DNA of 64,000 bases from Candidatus Sumerlaeota bacterium (GTDB lineage Bacteria > Sumerlaeota > Sumerlaeia > Sumerlaeales > Sumerlaeaceae). Shown in pieces: positions 9,147 through 18,133 of this stretch. The DNA lies in assembly GCA_026398535.1 (NCBI GenBank), contig JAPLSQ010000073.1, positions 86,444 through 150,443 on the forward strand. Reading direction: 5' to 3'. Made by a program: the position numbers and the translations under genes. The number at the start of each line of letters is the position of its first letter. Position 1 is the stretch's first letter. The notes beneath the pieces are model-generated. The model had not been told where the DNA came from, did not search any database, and saw only the letters and a program-made list of their open reading frames with translations.

Positions 9147-10652
9147 CTATCCCATCACCCATTTTGCGATCATCACCCCCGCCAAGATCAGCCCCAGTCC
9201 GATCACATCAAACACGATGCCGGTGCGCATCATCTTCGTGATGGGGATCATGCCCGAGCCATACACGATGGCGTTGGGCGGCGTGGAAACGGGCAGCATG
9301 AAGCCGTAACTGGCGCCAAGGCATGCGCCCAGCGCGGGCAGAACGGGATTGACGCCGGCGGTGGTTGCCATCGAGACCGCCAGCGGAATGACCATGTTCG
9401 CCGAGGCCGTGTTCGATGTCGTCTCGCTGATCAAAATACCCGCCGCGATCGAAACGATCGTGATGCCCCACAGCCCGCTCACATGCGTCGTGCGCAGAAG
9501 GAAATGCCCGATCGCCTCGGCCAGACCCGTCGTGAACATCAGGCTGCCCAGCGCGATGCCGCCACCGAAGAGCAGGATCGTCCCCCAGTCGATCCGCTCC
9601 GCTTCCTCCCACGTCAGCGTGAAACGCCGCGCCTTCCAGTCCACGGGCAGAAAAAACAACAGGGAGGCCGCAAGCAGCGCGACGACGCCCTCGGGCAACA
9701 GCGCCGAACAGGTTTTCACCGCGGGCGAAGCGTCGCCAAAGACAAGGGATAACACGCCCGGCAGCACCCATAGAACGACCGCGGCGAGGAACGCCGCGAG
9801 CGAGTTGACCTGCCCGCGCGTCCACGCGCCGAGTGCGGCCTTGCGCTCGCGCAGATATTGCGCAAGCCCCGGCAGATGCGTGAACTCGGGGGGATTGAAA
9901 AACAGGATCAGCGCGTACAACGCGACATACATGACGACAAGCGTGGGCACGGCAAACGTCATCCACTGGAAAAACGTGATCTTCACCCCCGTCAGCTTGT
10001 GGATCATGCCGATGCCGATGAGATTCGGCGGCGTGCCGATGGGCGTGCCGATCCCGCCCACCGACGCCGCATAGGCTGTCATCAGCAAAAGCCCGCTGCT
10101 CAGGCGCAGACGGCGCAGATCGACTTCGCGCCCGGTCTGCTTGCGCGCAAGGTCGCCCATCTCCGCCAGAATGCCCAGCGCGATGGGCAGAAGCATGGCC
10201 GTCGTGGCCGTGTTCGAAAGCCACATCGAAATGAACGCCGCCACCGCCCCGAAAACGAACAGGATGCGGCGCGTGCTGCGCCCCACCCACTCGAAACCCA
10301 GCAGGGTCAGCGCAAGACGGCGGTCGAGGTGGTGCGTCATCATCGCCTGCGCCAGCAGAAAACTGCCAAGGAACACGAACACAACCGGATCGCCAAAGCT
10401 GGCCAGCAGCGTTTTGGCGTCGGCGATGCCCAGAACCACGCACAGGCACGGCCCCAAAAGCGCCGTGACGGGCAGGGGCACGGGCTCGCATATCCAGAAG
10501 ATCATCGTCAGCGCCATCACGGCCGCCAGCCGCGCCGCCTCGGGCTTTAATCCCGGCAGCGGGAAAATGAGCAGGCCGAGGAACAACACCGGGCCCAGCA
10601 CCAAGCCAATATTGCCGCGCCATGAAACCTGTTGGCCGCTGTCCGTTTCCAT
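9147..10652 (-). CDS. divalent anion:Na+ symporter (DASS/SLC13) family transporter
   Basis: 501 aa, highly hydrophobic, carrying the two DASS signature hairpin motifs LSNTATTAM and SETTSNTASANM. The frame-shifted ORF 9208..10623 is a GC shadow. Confidence 0.8.
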   Translation of the reverse strand: METDSGQQVSWRGNIGLVLGPVLFLGLLIFPLPGLKPEAARLAAVMALTMIFWICEPVPLPVTALLGPCLCVVLGIADAKTLLASFGDPVVFVFLGSFLLAQAMMTHHLDRRLALTLLGFEWVGRSTRRILFVFGAVAAFISMWLSNTATTAMLLPIALGILAEMGDLARKQTGREVDLRRLRLSSGLLLMTAYAASVGGIGTPIGTPPNLIGIGMIHKLTGVKITFFQWMTFAVPTLVVMYVALYALILFFNPPEFTHLPGLAQYLRERKAALGAWTRGQVNSLAAFLAAVVLWVLPGVLSLVFGDASPAVKTCSALLPEGVVALLAASLLFFLPVDWKARRFTLTWEEAERIDWGTILLFGGGIALGSLMFTTGLAEAIGHFLLRTTHVSGLWGITIVSIAAGILISETTSNTASANMVIPLAVSMATTAGVNPVLPALGACLGASYGFMLPVSTPPNAIVYGSGMIPITKMMRTGIVFDVIGLGLILAGVMIAKWVMG

Positions 10653-10864
10653 GATGCGCCTTTTGCTCTCAGGGATTCGCGAAACTCACGGCGTGCATCA
10701 CCGAGACAAGAAAGGACACATGGTCAAACACGAAACTCAACATGGGAATTGCGCGGGCGCGTTTCTGAGATGCCCGCGCCGCGCTGCCGTCAGCCGCTTC
10801 GGCATTGCCGCCGGGGGGCAACTAATCAAGCACATTTTCTTGAAAGATTGCGGAAGCCGCCAAC

Positions 10865-11737
10865 TTATTCGGGTTCTTGTGTTCCTGGAATTACAGTGAC
10901 TTTTTGCTCCATGGGGGCGCCGTCGAATGTTAACTTATTGTTTTTAAGCGTGGGCGTTGTTGCCCCGTCTGTGGCGCCGGGGCGCGCCGGCACGGCAGTC
11001 GCGAAGACCTCATAGAATTGCGGGAACACATCGAAAAACACATATTTCCCGGGCGCCGCCGCATTTGAGGGATGCGGATTGTAAATGTCGCCATTTTTCC
11101 CGCGCATATCCAACCGCACCGGGAAATCGACCGGCTGTCCATCCTCCTTCACGGTGATAATTGTCACTCTCTGGTTGATCCCCAGGATCATGTTGCCAAA
11201 ATCCACCTGGGGTGGGCGCACCTGCCGGTTCTCAACGATGAAGCCTTCGTCCACGCGCCCCTGATTGATCGGCACGCCTGTCTTTGCGTTTGCGATAATT
11301 GTTTCGCGGCGCTGGGCGAGTTGTTCCTGGCTAAGGCGGCGTGTCTTCGCCATGCTGTTGGACCCCGGCTCCAGCGCCTCTTTGCCGTCCGCCTTACCCG
11401 CCGGATCATAAAAAAGCGCATAATTGCCCGGAGCCATTGAAAGACTAAACTGACCGTCGTTATTGACCGTCGCCGCCGCCTCGGCCATCGCGCGCGCCAC
11501 TTCAATGGTTTTCGCGCGGGGAAGTTCCATGAGCCGTCTCTGGTAAACAAAAAAGGCCAGTCCGCCTGTCACTGGCGTGTCGTCATCCAGCAACAGCTTC
11601 CCCTTCACCTCTGTCAACTCAGGCGGCTTTTTCGCAACCTGCTCTGTTGTTGTTACGCTGTCCTTTGTCTGGGCCAAAGCAAACGGCGCCGTAAAACATG
11701 TAACAACCGCAACCACAACCCATTCTTGCCATTTCAT
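10865..11737 (-). CDS. secreted hypothetical protein (signal peptide)
   Basis: Start chosen at the ATG compl. 11735-11737, preceded by GGAGAG. Translation begins MKWQEWVVVAVVTCFTAPFALAQ, a clear signal peptide. No recognisable catalytic motifs. Confidence 0.5.
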   Translation of the reverse strand: MKWQEWVVVAVVTCFTAPFALAQTKDSVTTTEQVAKKPPELTEVKGKLLLDDDTPVTGGLAFFVYQRRLMELPRAKTIEVARAMAEAAATVNNDGQFSLSMAPGNYALFYDPAGKADGKEALEPGSNSMAKTRRLSQEQLAQRRETIIANAKTGVPINQGRVDEGFIVENRQVRPPQVDFGNMILGINQRVTIITVKEDGQPVDFPVRLDMRGKNGDIYNPHPSNAAAPGKYVFFDVFPQFYEVFATAVPARPGATDGATTPTLKNNKLTFDGAPMEQKVTVIPGTQEPE

Positions 11738-11879
11738 CTTCGTCTCTCCGCAATACATGTTGAATTGTCGTTAAAGAATTCATCTGTGAATCACGAGCAT
11801 TCAAAACGTCAAAAGAGAGCAATTTCAATACCAATCGTCCGGCGGGCCGCTGATGGGGTCGAAAGGTTGCGGTTGGTGC

Positions 11880-11979
11880 GGGGGGGGGTTGCCAAGATAC
11901 AACCGCTTCGATGTGCTCATGTTTCCGCCACAACGCTGCTATCCCAGCCAATCAGCGGCTACAGCTTCTGCGGGGGGGG
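11880..11979. repeat. two homopolymeric G tracts (G9 at 11880-11888, G8 at 11972-11979) in intergenic region
   Basis: Counted directly from the sequence: gcg + [13 protein letters not shown] ctgc + gggggggg + cc. The tracts lie between the dapF stop (12058) and the secreted-protein start (11737), ~140 and ~235 bp upstream of the latter on its non-template side. Confidence 0.9.
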
Positions 11980-12057
11980 CCAGAACCTTCAGTTCTTGCC
12001 TAACTCCAAGGGCAGGCAAGTATGTCCGCCGCGGCGGACACCACAAGCCGCGCATCG

Positions 12058-12864
12058 CTAAAGTTTTATGTATCCGCGGAAGACGATGACAGCGCCGCCT
12101 TGAAGAGTGACATCGCGCGCGCCGCCGGGGCCAAGCTGGAATCCGATGGTCAATGTTTCGCCGCCGGCCGTTTTGAACCGCACGGGCGGCTCCGCCACGC
12201 CGCGGCGCGCCGCGATGACAGCCGAGGCGATGGAACCGGTGCCGCAGGCCAGTGTTTCGTTTTCCACGCCGCGCTCGTAAGTGCGGATGTCGATGTCGTG
12301 CCGACCGCGCACGCGGACGAAGTTGGCATTCGCGCCCGCAGGAGCGAATTCGGCGTGATGGCGCAGCATCATGCCAACACCGAAGACATCGAAGCCGTCG
12401 AGATCTTCCACGAAAACGACCGCGTGCGGCACGCCTGTGTTGATGAAATGCGCCTCGCCAGTGAAGAGCGCGCCGGTGATGCGGATGTTTTCGCGGATGC
12501 CGCGGGCGTCGGTCATCCACACCACGGTTTCGCCGTTTTCCAACGCGCGCGCGCGGTAAGGTCCGGCAAGCGTTTGGAACGTCATGCTCGCGGGCGCCAC
12601 GCCCTGTTCATGCGCGAAGCGCGCGATGCATCTGCTTCCGTTGCCGCACGTCTCGGCCTCGCCGCCGTCGGAGTTGTAATAGCGCATGCGGAAGTCGGCT
12701 TCGTCGGAGGGTTCGATGAGGATCACGCCGTCGGCGCCCACCGACAATCCGCGCCGGCACCACTTGGAGAAAAGCTCACGCCGTCCGGCTTCGGGCACAT
12801 GGAGGTCCAGATTGTTGATCACGATGAAATCATTGCCCGCGCCGCTCATTTTGTAGAATTCCAT
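12058..12864 (-). CDS. dapF: diaminopimelate epimerase
   Basis: 268 aa beginning MEFYKMSGAGNDFIV (DapF N-terminal motif). Both active-site Cys regions are present (ETCGNGSRC and ACGTGSIAS). Confidence 0.9.
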   Translation of the reverse strand: MEFYKMSGAGNDFIVINNLDLHVPEAGRRELFSKWCRRGLSVGADGVILIEPSDEADFRMRYYNSDGGEAETCGNGSRCIARFAHEQGVAPASMTFQTLAGPYRARALENGETVVWMTDARGIRENIRITGALFTGEAHFINTGVPHAVVFVEDLDGFDVFGVGMMLRHHAEFAPAGANANFVRVRGRHDIDIRTYERGVENETLACGTGSIASAVIAARRGVAEPPVRFKTAGGETLTIGFQLGPGGARDVTLQGGAVIVFRGYIKL

Positions 12865-13124
12865 GCTTCAAAGCCTAAGCCAGATTGGGAGCTTCTGGCA
12901 AATGGTATTGTGCGGGGGGACGAAGGCAGGCTGGCCTACAGCAGCGGTTATGGCGGCGATGTGCCAATCCTCAGCATCTTCCACAAGGGGCAGAACATCA
13001 ATCCCAAGGTTCAGCCGAAACCTGGCGATTTCTCCGGCGATGTTCAGTTTGACATGTACGCCTCGTTCAGCGTCTCACTGTGCGGCCAGACGCAGCTCAC
13101 CAAGTGAGCCCGCTTCCCGTAGAA

Positions 13125-14429
13125 TTAGTCATATTCGCGCCAGCCGCTCACAGCTGCGCCGGGCTCGTGGAGCATCAGAATGGCCGCGCTGTTTGACGGC
13201 AGGCTGATCGAAGTGACAGGCGTGTAGGCGACCGCGCCAGGCGCCGTGCCGTCTTCGGGAACATCCCCGCCGCCGGAAGGAAGCGCGCGCCAAAGGGTCG
13301 CGCCAAGGCTGGGAACGCTGATCGCGGCGCCGGTGGGATTGACGAGAACCATGCCGTTCTGGAAGTTCCGGCGATAAAGCCCGCCGAGACCGGGGTCGAT
13401 GTAATCGTCCACGCTGGCGGGCAGCGGTGTTGTGCTGGCGCCGAGGTTGATCGCGTATTCCGGATACCATTCAAGCCCGTCGCCGGCCATCATGTTGATG
13501 AATGTGTGATCGCCCTTGATGAGCAGGTGCATACCGAGTACAAACATGCGCTCGTTCACGGCTTCCGCGGAGGAGAGGTAATGCTGGGCGATGAGCGCTT
13601 TCCCCGCGCGGACGATGCGCAGGCAGCGGTTCATCTGGAGCTGCCAGTCGCCGAACTCGCCCCACAGCGGCGGTGTGCCCCACTCGCCGAAACCCTCCAC
13701 CATGGCTCCGTCGCACAGAGTGTAATCGAGCACGTTGTTCCATCCCGTGACAAGCGCGCCATAGTTGGGAACGAAGAGGAAGCGTTCGGGTGTTGCGGCA
13801 AAATGGTCAAGGATTGCCTGCGCCCAGTTATTGATCTGGGGGTAAAGGCCGGTGATCGCGCCCGGGTAATCGAGTTCGGGCGGCAGCGCCGTGTCGAAGC
13901 CGCCGATGAGCGGGTCGAATGAGTCGGCAAACACGCCGTCCGCCCCGTTTTGGCGCATCTCGTCGGCAACCTGCTCGCGCCAGTAGGATGTCCATGTGTC
14001 GGCGCCGAGTTGGCGGATGTCCATCATTTGCCAGTTCCAGTCGCCATTGTGGATGCGCGCGCCGGCGTTGAGCCAGAACCAGTCATTGCGCAGATTGACA
14101 TACATCTGCCACTTCCAGTTTGTCCAGTCGTTGCCGATGAGGATCAGCTCGGGGCCGTCCTCGCATCCGAGCCTGTAATGCAGAAGAATGAAATTGGGAT
14201 TGAGCGTGCGGATCGCGTCGACCTGGACGCGCGGGATTTTCTGAGTGCCCACGAGATGCGATGCCGCGAATGCCGTCTGCGCGTCCGAAAGATAATTGGG
14301 AAGCTGGTCGGCAAAAACAAAAATGCCGTTGCGCGTGTCCGGGAAACGGCGCGCCGTCTGCGCTACGAGGCTCCCTGCGACACAGGCGGCCAAGAGTGAG
14401 AGAAAAATCGTGCGGATGATGAGTTTCAT
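13125..14429 (-). CDS. secreted hypothetical protein, putative TIM-barrel glycoside-hydrolase-like (GHL-type) protein
   Basis: 434 aa with N-terminal signal peptide (MKLIIRTIFLSLLAACVAGSLVA). It is Trp/Asp-rich with alternating beta/alpha character typical of GHL-type TIM-barrel proteins. The family could not be assigned from sequence alone. Confidence 0.45.
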   Translation of the reverse strand: MKLIIRTIFLSLLAACVAGSLVAQTARRFPDTRNGIFVFADQLPNYLSDAQTAFAASHLVGTQKIPRVQVDAIRTLNPNFILLHYRLGCEDGPELILIGNDWTNWKWQMYVNLRNDWFWLNAGARIHNGDWNWQMMDIRQLGADTWTSYWREQVADEMRQNGADGVFADSFDPLIGGFDTALPPELDYPGAITGLYPQINNWAQAILDHFAATPERFLFVPNYGALVTGWNNVLDYTLCDGAMVEGFGEWGTPPLWGEFGDWQLQMNRCLRIVRAGKALIAQHYLSSAEAVNERMFVLGMHLLIKGDHTFINMMAGDGLEWYPEYAINLGASTTPLPASVDDYIDPGLGGLYRRNFQNGMVLVNPTGAAISVPSLGATLWRALPSGGGDVPEDGTAPGAVAYTPVTSISLPSNSAAILMLHEPGAAVSGWREYD

Positions 14430-14677
14430 GTTTGCAATCTCCCATGTGCAAAGTGCGCAAGACAGGGAAATCCTGCTTGCAAAGATACACGATCAAGTAT
14501 ATGGCAAACGCGTTCCATTGCGGCGGGTAGTGGGCAGAAACACGATAACCCAATCAAGATGCGTCCAGCCCTTTTTTTTATGAAAAAAAGTCTTGCGCTT
14601 CAAATGGCAGGGGGGCAGTATTGCAGAGAATTAATGAGCAAAAGGCTTCCGAACTCCGGCATAATAATTGCATATAA

Positions 14678-15373
14678 TTGAGAATCAGAGAGGTTCAGAT
14701 TCTCATTGCCGGCAACAACCGGAAGATGGAGACTGTGAATATGATCAGCGTGCAAGACGTGCAAGCTCCGGCGCTTGTGTCAGCGGTTGCTGACGCCCAA
14801 GCTGCCGAGGCGCAACTTGTCAGCCGTTGCAAAACGGGCGAGCGTCTTGCTTTTGACGAGATGATCAGCGCGCATCAGGACCGCGTGCTCAACACGGCAT
14901 TTCGTCTCATGGGGAATTATGACGACGCGCTTGACCTCACCCAGGAGGTCTTCCTCAACTGCTTCCGCAAAATTGGCACGTTCAAGGGTGATTCCGCGCT
15001 GTCGACATGGCTTTACCGCATCACGGTGAATGTGGCCAAAAACCGGTGGAAATATCAGCAGTCGCGCGGACTCAACCGCACGGTTTCAATCGACGCGCCG
15101 CTGACCACCGAGGACGAAAACCGCATCAATCAGGTGGCCGACGCGCAACCCACCGCGCGCAAAGTGGCTTCCGACCACGAGGCCATGACAAACCTTGACA
15201 AGTATCTGCACAGGATGACCGACGAACACCGGATCGTTCTCGTGTTGCGCTACATCGAGGTGCTTTCCTATGAGGAGATCGCCGACATCCTGAGGCTTTC
15301 GCTCGGCACCGTGAAGTCGCGCATTCATCGCGCCCGAACGGAACTGCGCGACCTCATGACCGATTTTCTCTGA
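14678..15373 (+). CDS. RNA polymerase sigma-70 factor, ECF subfamily
   Basis: Region 2 (ERLAFDEMISAHQDRVLNTAFRLMGNYDDALDLTQEVFLNCF...LSTWLYRITVNVAKNRWK) and region 4 (LRYIEVLSYEEIADILRLSLGTVKSRIHRARTELR). The true start is probably an internal ATG at 14726 (METVNM) or 14741. No anti-sigma gene is adjacent. Confidence 0.85.
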   Translation: MRIREVQILIAGNNRKMETVNMISVQDVQAPALVSAVADAQAAEAQLVSRCKTGERLAFDEMISAHQDRVLNTAFRLMGNYDDALDLTQEVFLNCFRKIGTFKGDSALSTWLYRITVNVAKNRWKYQQSRGLNRTVSIDAPLTTEDENRINQVADAQPTARKVASDHEAMTNLDKYLHRMTDEHRIVLVLRYIEVLSYEEIADILRLSLGTVKSRIHRARTELRDLMTDFL

Positions 15374-15403
15374 TACAAGCGCCAAAAAGTTTGATGAAAT
15401 CAT

Positions 15404-15432
15404 GACGGCGGCATTGTGCCGCCGCTTTTTTT
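15404..15432 (+). terminator. intrinsic terminator after ECF sigma gene
   Basis: A gacggcggca-ttgt-gccgccgc hairpin is followed by ttttttt (15426-15432). A second hairpin ccggaa-ctatgt-tttccgg follows at 15436-15454, then gtttttc. Confidence 0.7.
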
Positions 15433-15511
15433 GTGCCGGAACTATGTTTTCCGGCCCCGTGTTTTTCAATGGTTTGCATGAAGACTGAAAAAACGTAACC
15501 TGGAATGCTCA

Positions 15512-16828
15512 ATGTCAGCAAAACGAATACTTATGGGAATGATGATGTGTGGCGCGATCGCGGGAACAGTATTGAATGCAACGAATGGCGATGCCGCCGG
15601 ATCGAATTGGAAATTCACGGTTGATGCCGCGATTGAGGGCGGGCATCCGAGTGTCAAGGCAACCGCCCAACACGCGGAATCCCTTGTTTATACAATTTCC
15701 AAACTCACAAAAGCGACGAGCCGGATTCTTGAGACGCGCATTCTGCCAGCGTCGGATAAAGCGGAGATCAGCTTTCCCGAAGTCCCGATCGACACATATG
15801 TTGATCTGACCGTGACGACAGCGCCGCAACCGGCCGCGCCGCCGCTGTTCCAATGGCGCACACTGTTAAGGCCGACAGGCAAGACACTCATGTCCTACAC
15901 CGGGCGCGCCGAGATGCTGCCGCCGGGGGATTTTGACGCCTATTGGGCCCGCGCGAAGAAGGAACTCGACGCGGCGCCGCTGACACCCGTAATTTCTCGC
16001 GTTCCCGACAAGGACACGAGCACGGGGCTTCTGCGCCGCGTGGAACTGCCCGCCGCGGGCGGCACGCGCATCGTGTGCTGGTATTTCGTGCCGCGCGCCG
16101 CGCTTGACGCGCAGGGAATGGCGGTGAAGAAATGCCCCGCCGTGATCGTCATGCCCGGCTACGGCGCCGAGGAGCCGCCGCTGGACCGCACGACCAGCGG
16201 CATGATCACGCTGTCGGTGAATCCGCGCAACCACGGGCCGTCACGCGATTTCTGGAAAGCGCCGCAGGAGCATCTCACCTATAAGATTGAGGACCCGGAG
16301 AACTACTATTACCGCTATGCTTTCCTTGACGGCCTGCGCGGAGCGCAGTTCCTTTTCTCGCGCGATGAGGCGGACGCAAGCCGCGTTGGCACGGAGGGCG
16401 GCAGCCAGGGCGGACTGTTCGCGCTGGCGATCGCGGCGCTCGAGCCGCGCATCGCATGCGTGTGCTCGAACGTGACGGCGTTCACCGATTATCCCGACGC
16501 GCTTGTTCTCGACCTTATCGGCGGCGTTCCCGGCATGGGCAAAATTGTGCGGGAGCGAAGCGCGAAGGGCGCGGGCGCGCGCAAGTCGCTTTCCTATACG
16601 GACGGCGCCAGCATGGCAACGCGCGTGCGCTGTCCCGTGCAGATCAACATGGGCGGCATCGATCCCGTGTGCCACTTTGTTTGCGGCATCGTGGCTTACA
16701 ACCGGCTGCCGAAGGGCGTTGTGCGGCAGTTCAACCTTGATCCCGCCGCCCGCCACGAAGTTCCCGCCACGATGCGCGCCGCAAACGCGCGATGGCAGGA
16801 AAAATGGCTGTTTGAGAAGGACAAATAG
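15512..16828 (+). CDS. acetyl xylan esterase (AXE1/CE7-like) alpha/beta-hydrolase family protein
   Basis: 438 aa with a GGSQGG nucleophile elbow (GxSxG). Conserved AXE1-type blocks are VIVMPGYG and YRYAFLDGLRGAQFL. There is a hydrophobic, signal-like N-terminus. Confidence 0.65.
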   Translation: MSAKRILMGMMMCGAIAGTVLNATNGDAAGSNWKFTVDAAIEGGHPSVKATAQHAESLVYTISKLTKATSRILETRILPASDKAEISFPEVPIDTYVDLTVTTAPQPAAPPLFQWRTLLRPTGKTLMSYTGRAEMLPPGDFDAYWARAKKELDAAPLTPVISRVPDKDTSTGLLRRVELPAAGGTRIVCWYFVPRAALDAQGMAVKKCPAVIVMPGYGAEEPPLDRTTSGMITLSVNPRNHGPSRDFWKAPQEHLTYKIEDPENYYYRYAFLDGLRGAQFLFSRDEADASRVGTEGGSQGGLFALAIAALEPRIACVCSNVTAFTDYPDALVLDLIGGVPGMGKIVRERSAKGAGARKSLSYTDGASMATRVRCPVQINMGGIDPVCHFVCGIVAYNRLPKGVVRQFNLDPAARHEVPATMRAANARWQEKWLFEKDK

Positions 16829-16854
16829 CGTCTTCCGCTTGTTCGGTCGGGACA

Positions 16855-17862
16855 TCACGCATTGTTGTTTGCGCTTCGCAATTCCTGATCGATACGCGCA
16901 CGCAGGCGGGCGAACCGGGGCGGCGGCCATCGTTTGAAGAACCGCGCGCGAAGACGGCCGTGAGCCAGCACGAGGCTGTCATGCACGTCGAGAAATTGTT
17001 TTTGCGCCTTCTCGGTGCCGACGTCGTTCACAGGCTGATAAACGGACATTTTCATTCCTTCGGATTTCGCCAGCTCCGCCATCCGGTCGATGGCGACATG
17101 ATAATCATGAATGTCGCCGAGAGCGTCCTGAAGCCTTTTGAACGAATCGAGCAGCATGTTTCTGGCATTGTTTTCGGGCAGGATGATCTCAAGGGTGTAG
17201 CGCGCGCGTTTGCCGGCGATGCGCAATCTGTGGAATTCGTCGTCATGCGCGCCGCGCTTGAGCGCGGCGGCAAGACAGAAGAATGTTCCCGCCTGGCGTG
17301 ACGCATGGAAGGCTGGATATTCCGGCGGGACGAAGCGCACACGTTTCGCGCAGGCGGCGGGAAATTCCGGGGAGGCGATGGCATCAAGCCTGTCGAGCAC
17401 CCTTCCCCGCACGATCTCAAGGAATTGCCTGCGCGACTGGGTTTCGATGATCCCGCGGCGGGCTGAAAGCGCGGCGATTTCGCGCCCGATGGATTCGGGA
17501 TTGCCGGGGGAATAAGGCGCGAGAATTTCCGCAAGGATGTCAGAGTCGCGGAAGGCGCCGAGGGCGCGCGCGGCGCAACTCACGCGCCTGCGCAGTTTGC
17601 GCCCGTTGATAGGCAGAAAGGGTTCGAGCAGGCGCAGCGAGGCGGCAAGGCGGCGCCCCGCCACGCGCGCGTCGTGGACGCCGCCGGCGGGCAGTTCTTC
17701 CTCGCCGGCGATCTTGCGCGCCCATTGCGCAAAATCCCGCGCGCGCTCTGAAAGCGCTCGTCCCGCACGAACCATGCTGTTTTCCGGCGGCGGATCATGC
17801 TCCGCCAATTCAGTCGTGGACAAAATCAATCGCCTTCTCTTTGCAATACATGGAAATCGCAC
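16855..17862 (-). CDS. CHAD domain-containing protein
   Basis: Helical, with the CHAD signature HRLRIAGKRARYTLE and a conserved His/Arg pattern. The start may instead be the internal MVRAG (compl. ~17775). There is no adjacent CYTH or polyphosphate partner. Confidence 0.65.
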   Translation of the reverse strand: MRFPCIAKRRRLILSTTELAEHDPPPENSMVRAGRALSERARDFAQWARKIAGEEELPAGGVHDARVAGRRLAASLRLLEPFLPINGRKLRRRVSCAARALGAFRDSDILAEILAPYSPGNPESIGREIAALSARRGIIETQSRRQFLEIVRGRVLDRLDAIASPEFPAACAKRVRFVPPEYPAFHASRQAGTFFCLAAALKRGAHDDEFHRLRIAGKRARYTLEIILPENNARNMLLDSFKRLQDALGDIHDYHVAIDRMAELAKSEGMKMSVYQPVNDVGTEKAQKQFLDVHDSLVLAHGRLRARFFKRWPPPRFARLRARIDQELRSANNNA

Positions 17863-18133
17863 CGATCATGGGGGTTTTTGATTCCGCGCGCCATGAAAAA
17901 ATACAGGTATGGCGCCGGCATTCGGCGTATCCTGATTTGGTTGTGAGGCAATCGCGCGAAGGCGATTCCGCGCTTCCAAGTTTGCCCGAAAAACCGGATG
18001 CAGACAAATTGCCCCTGATATTGTTCATCATGTAATATACTTACACACACTTTTGCGTTTCAGCACTGGCCGTTCCGGCAAAAAGGTTGCTTTTTTATGA
18101 TGTGATCATCAACAATAAAAGGAGACAACAGCA

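Noticed and set aside
14678-15373. ECF sigma / anti-sigma pair
   Set aside because: No downstream ORF has an anti-sigma (zinc-binding HxxxCxxC) N-terminus. The sigma gene is followed by tandem terminators and then an unrelated esterase gene.
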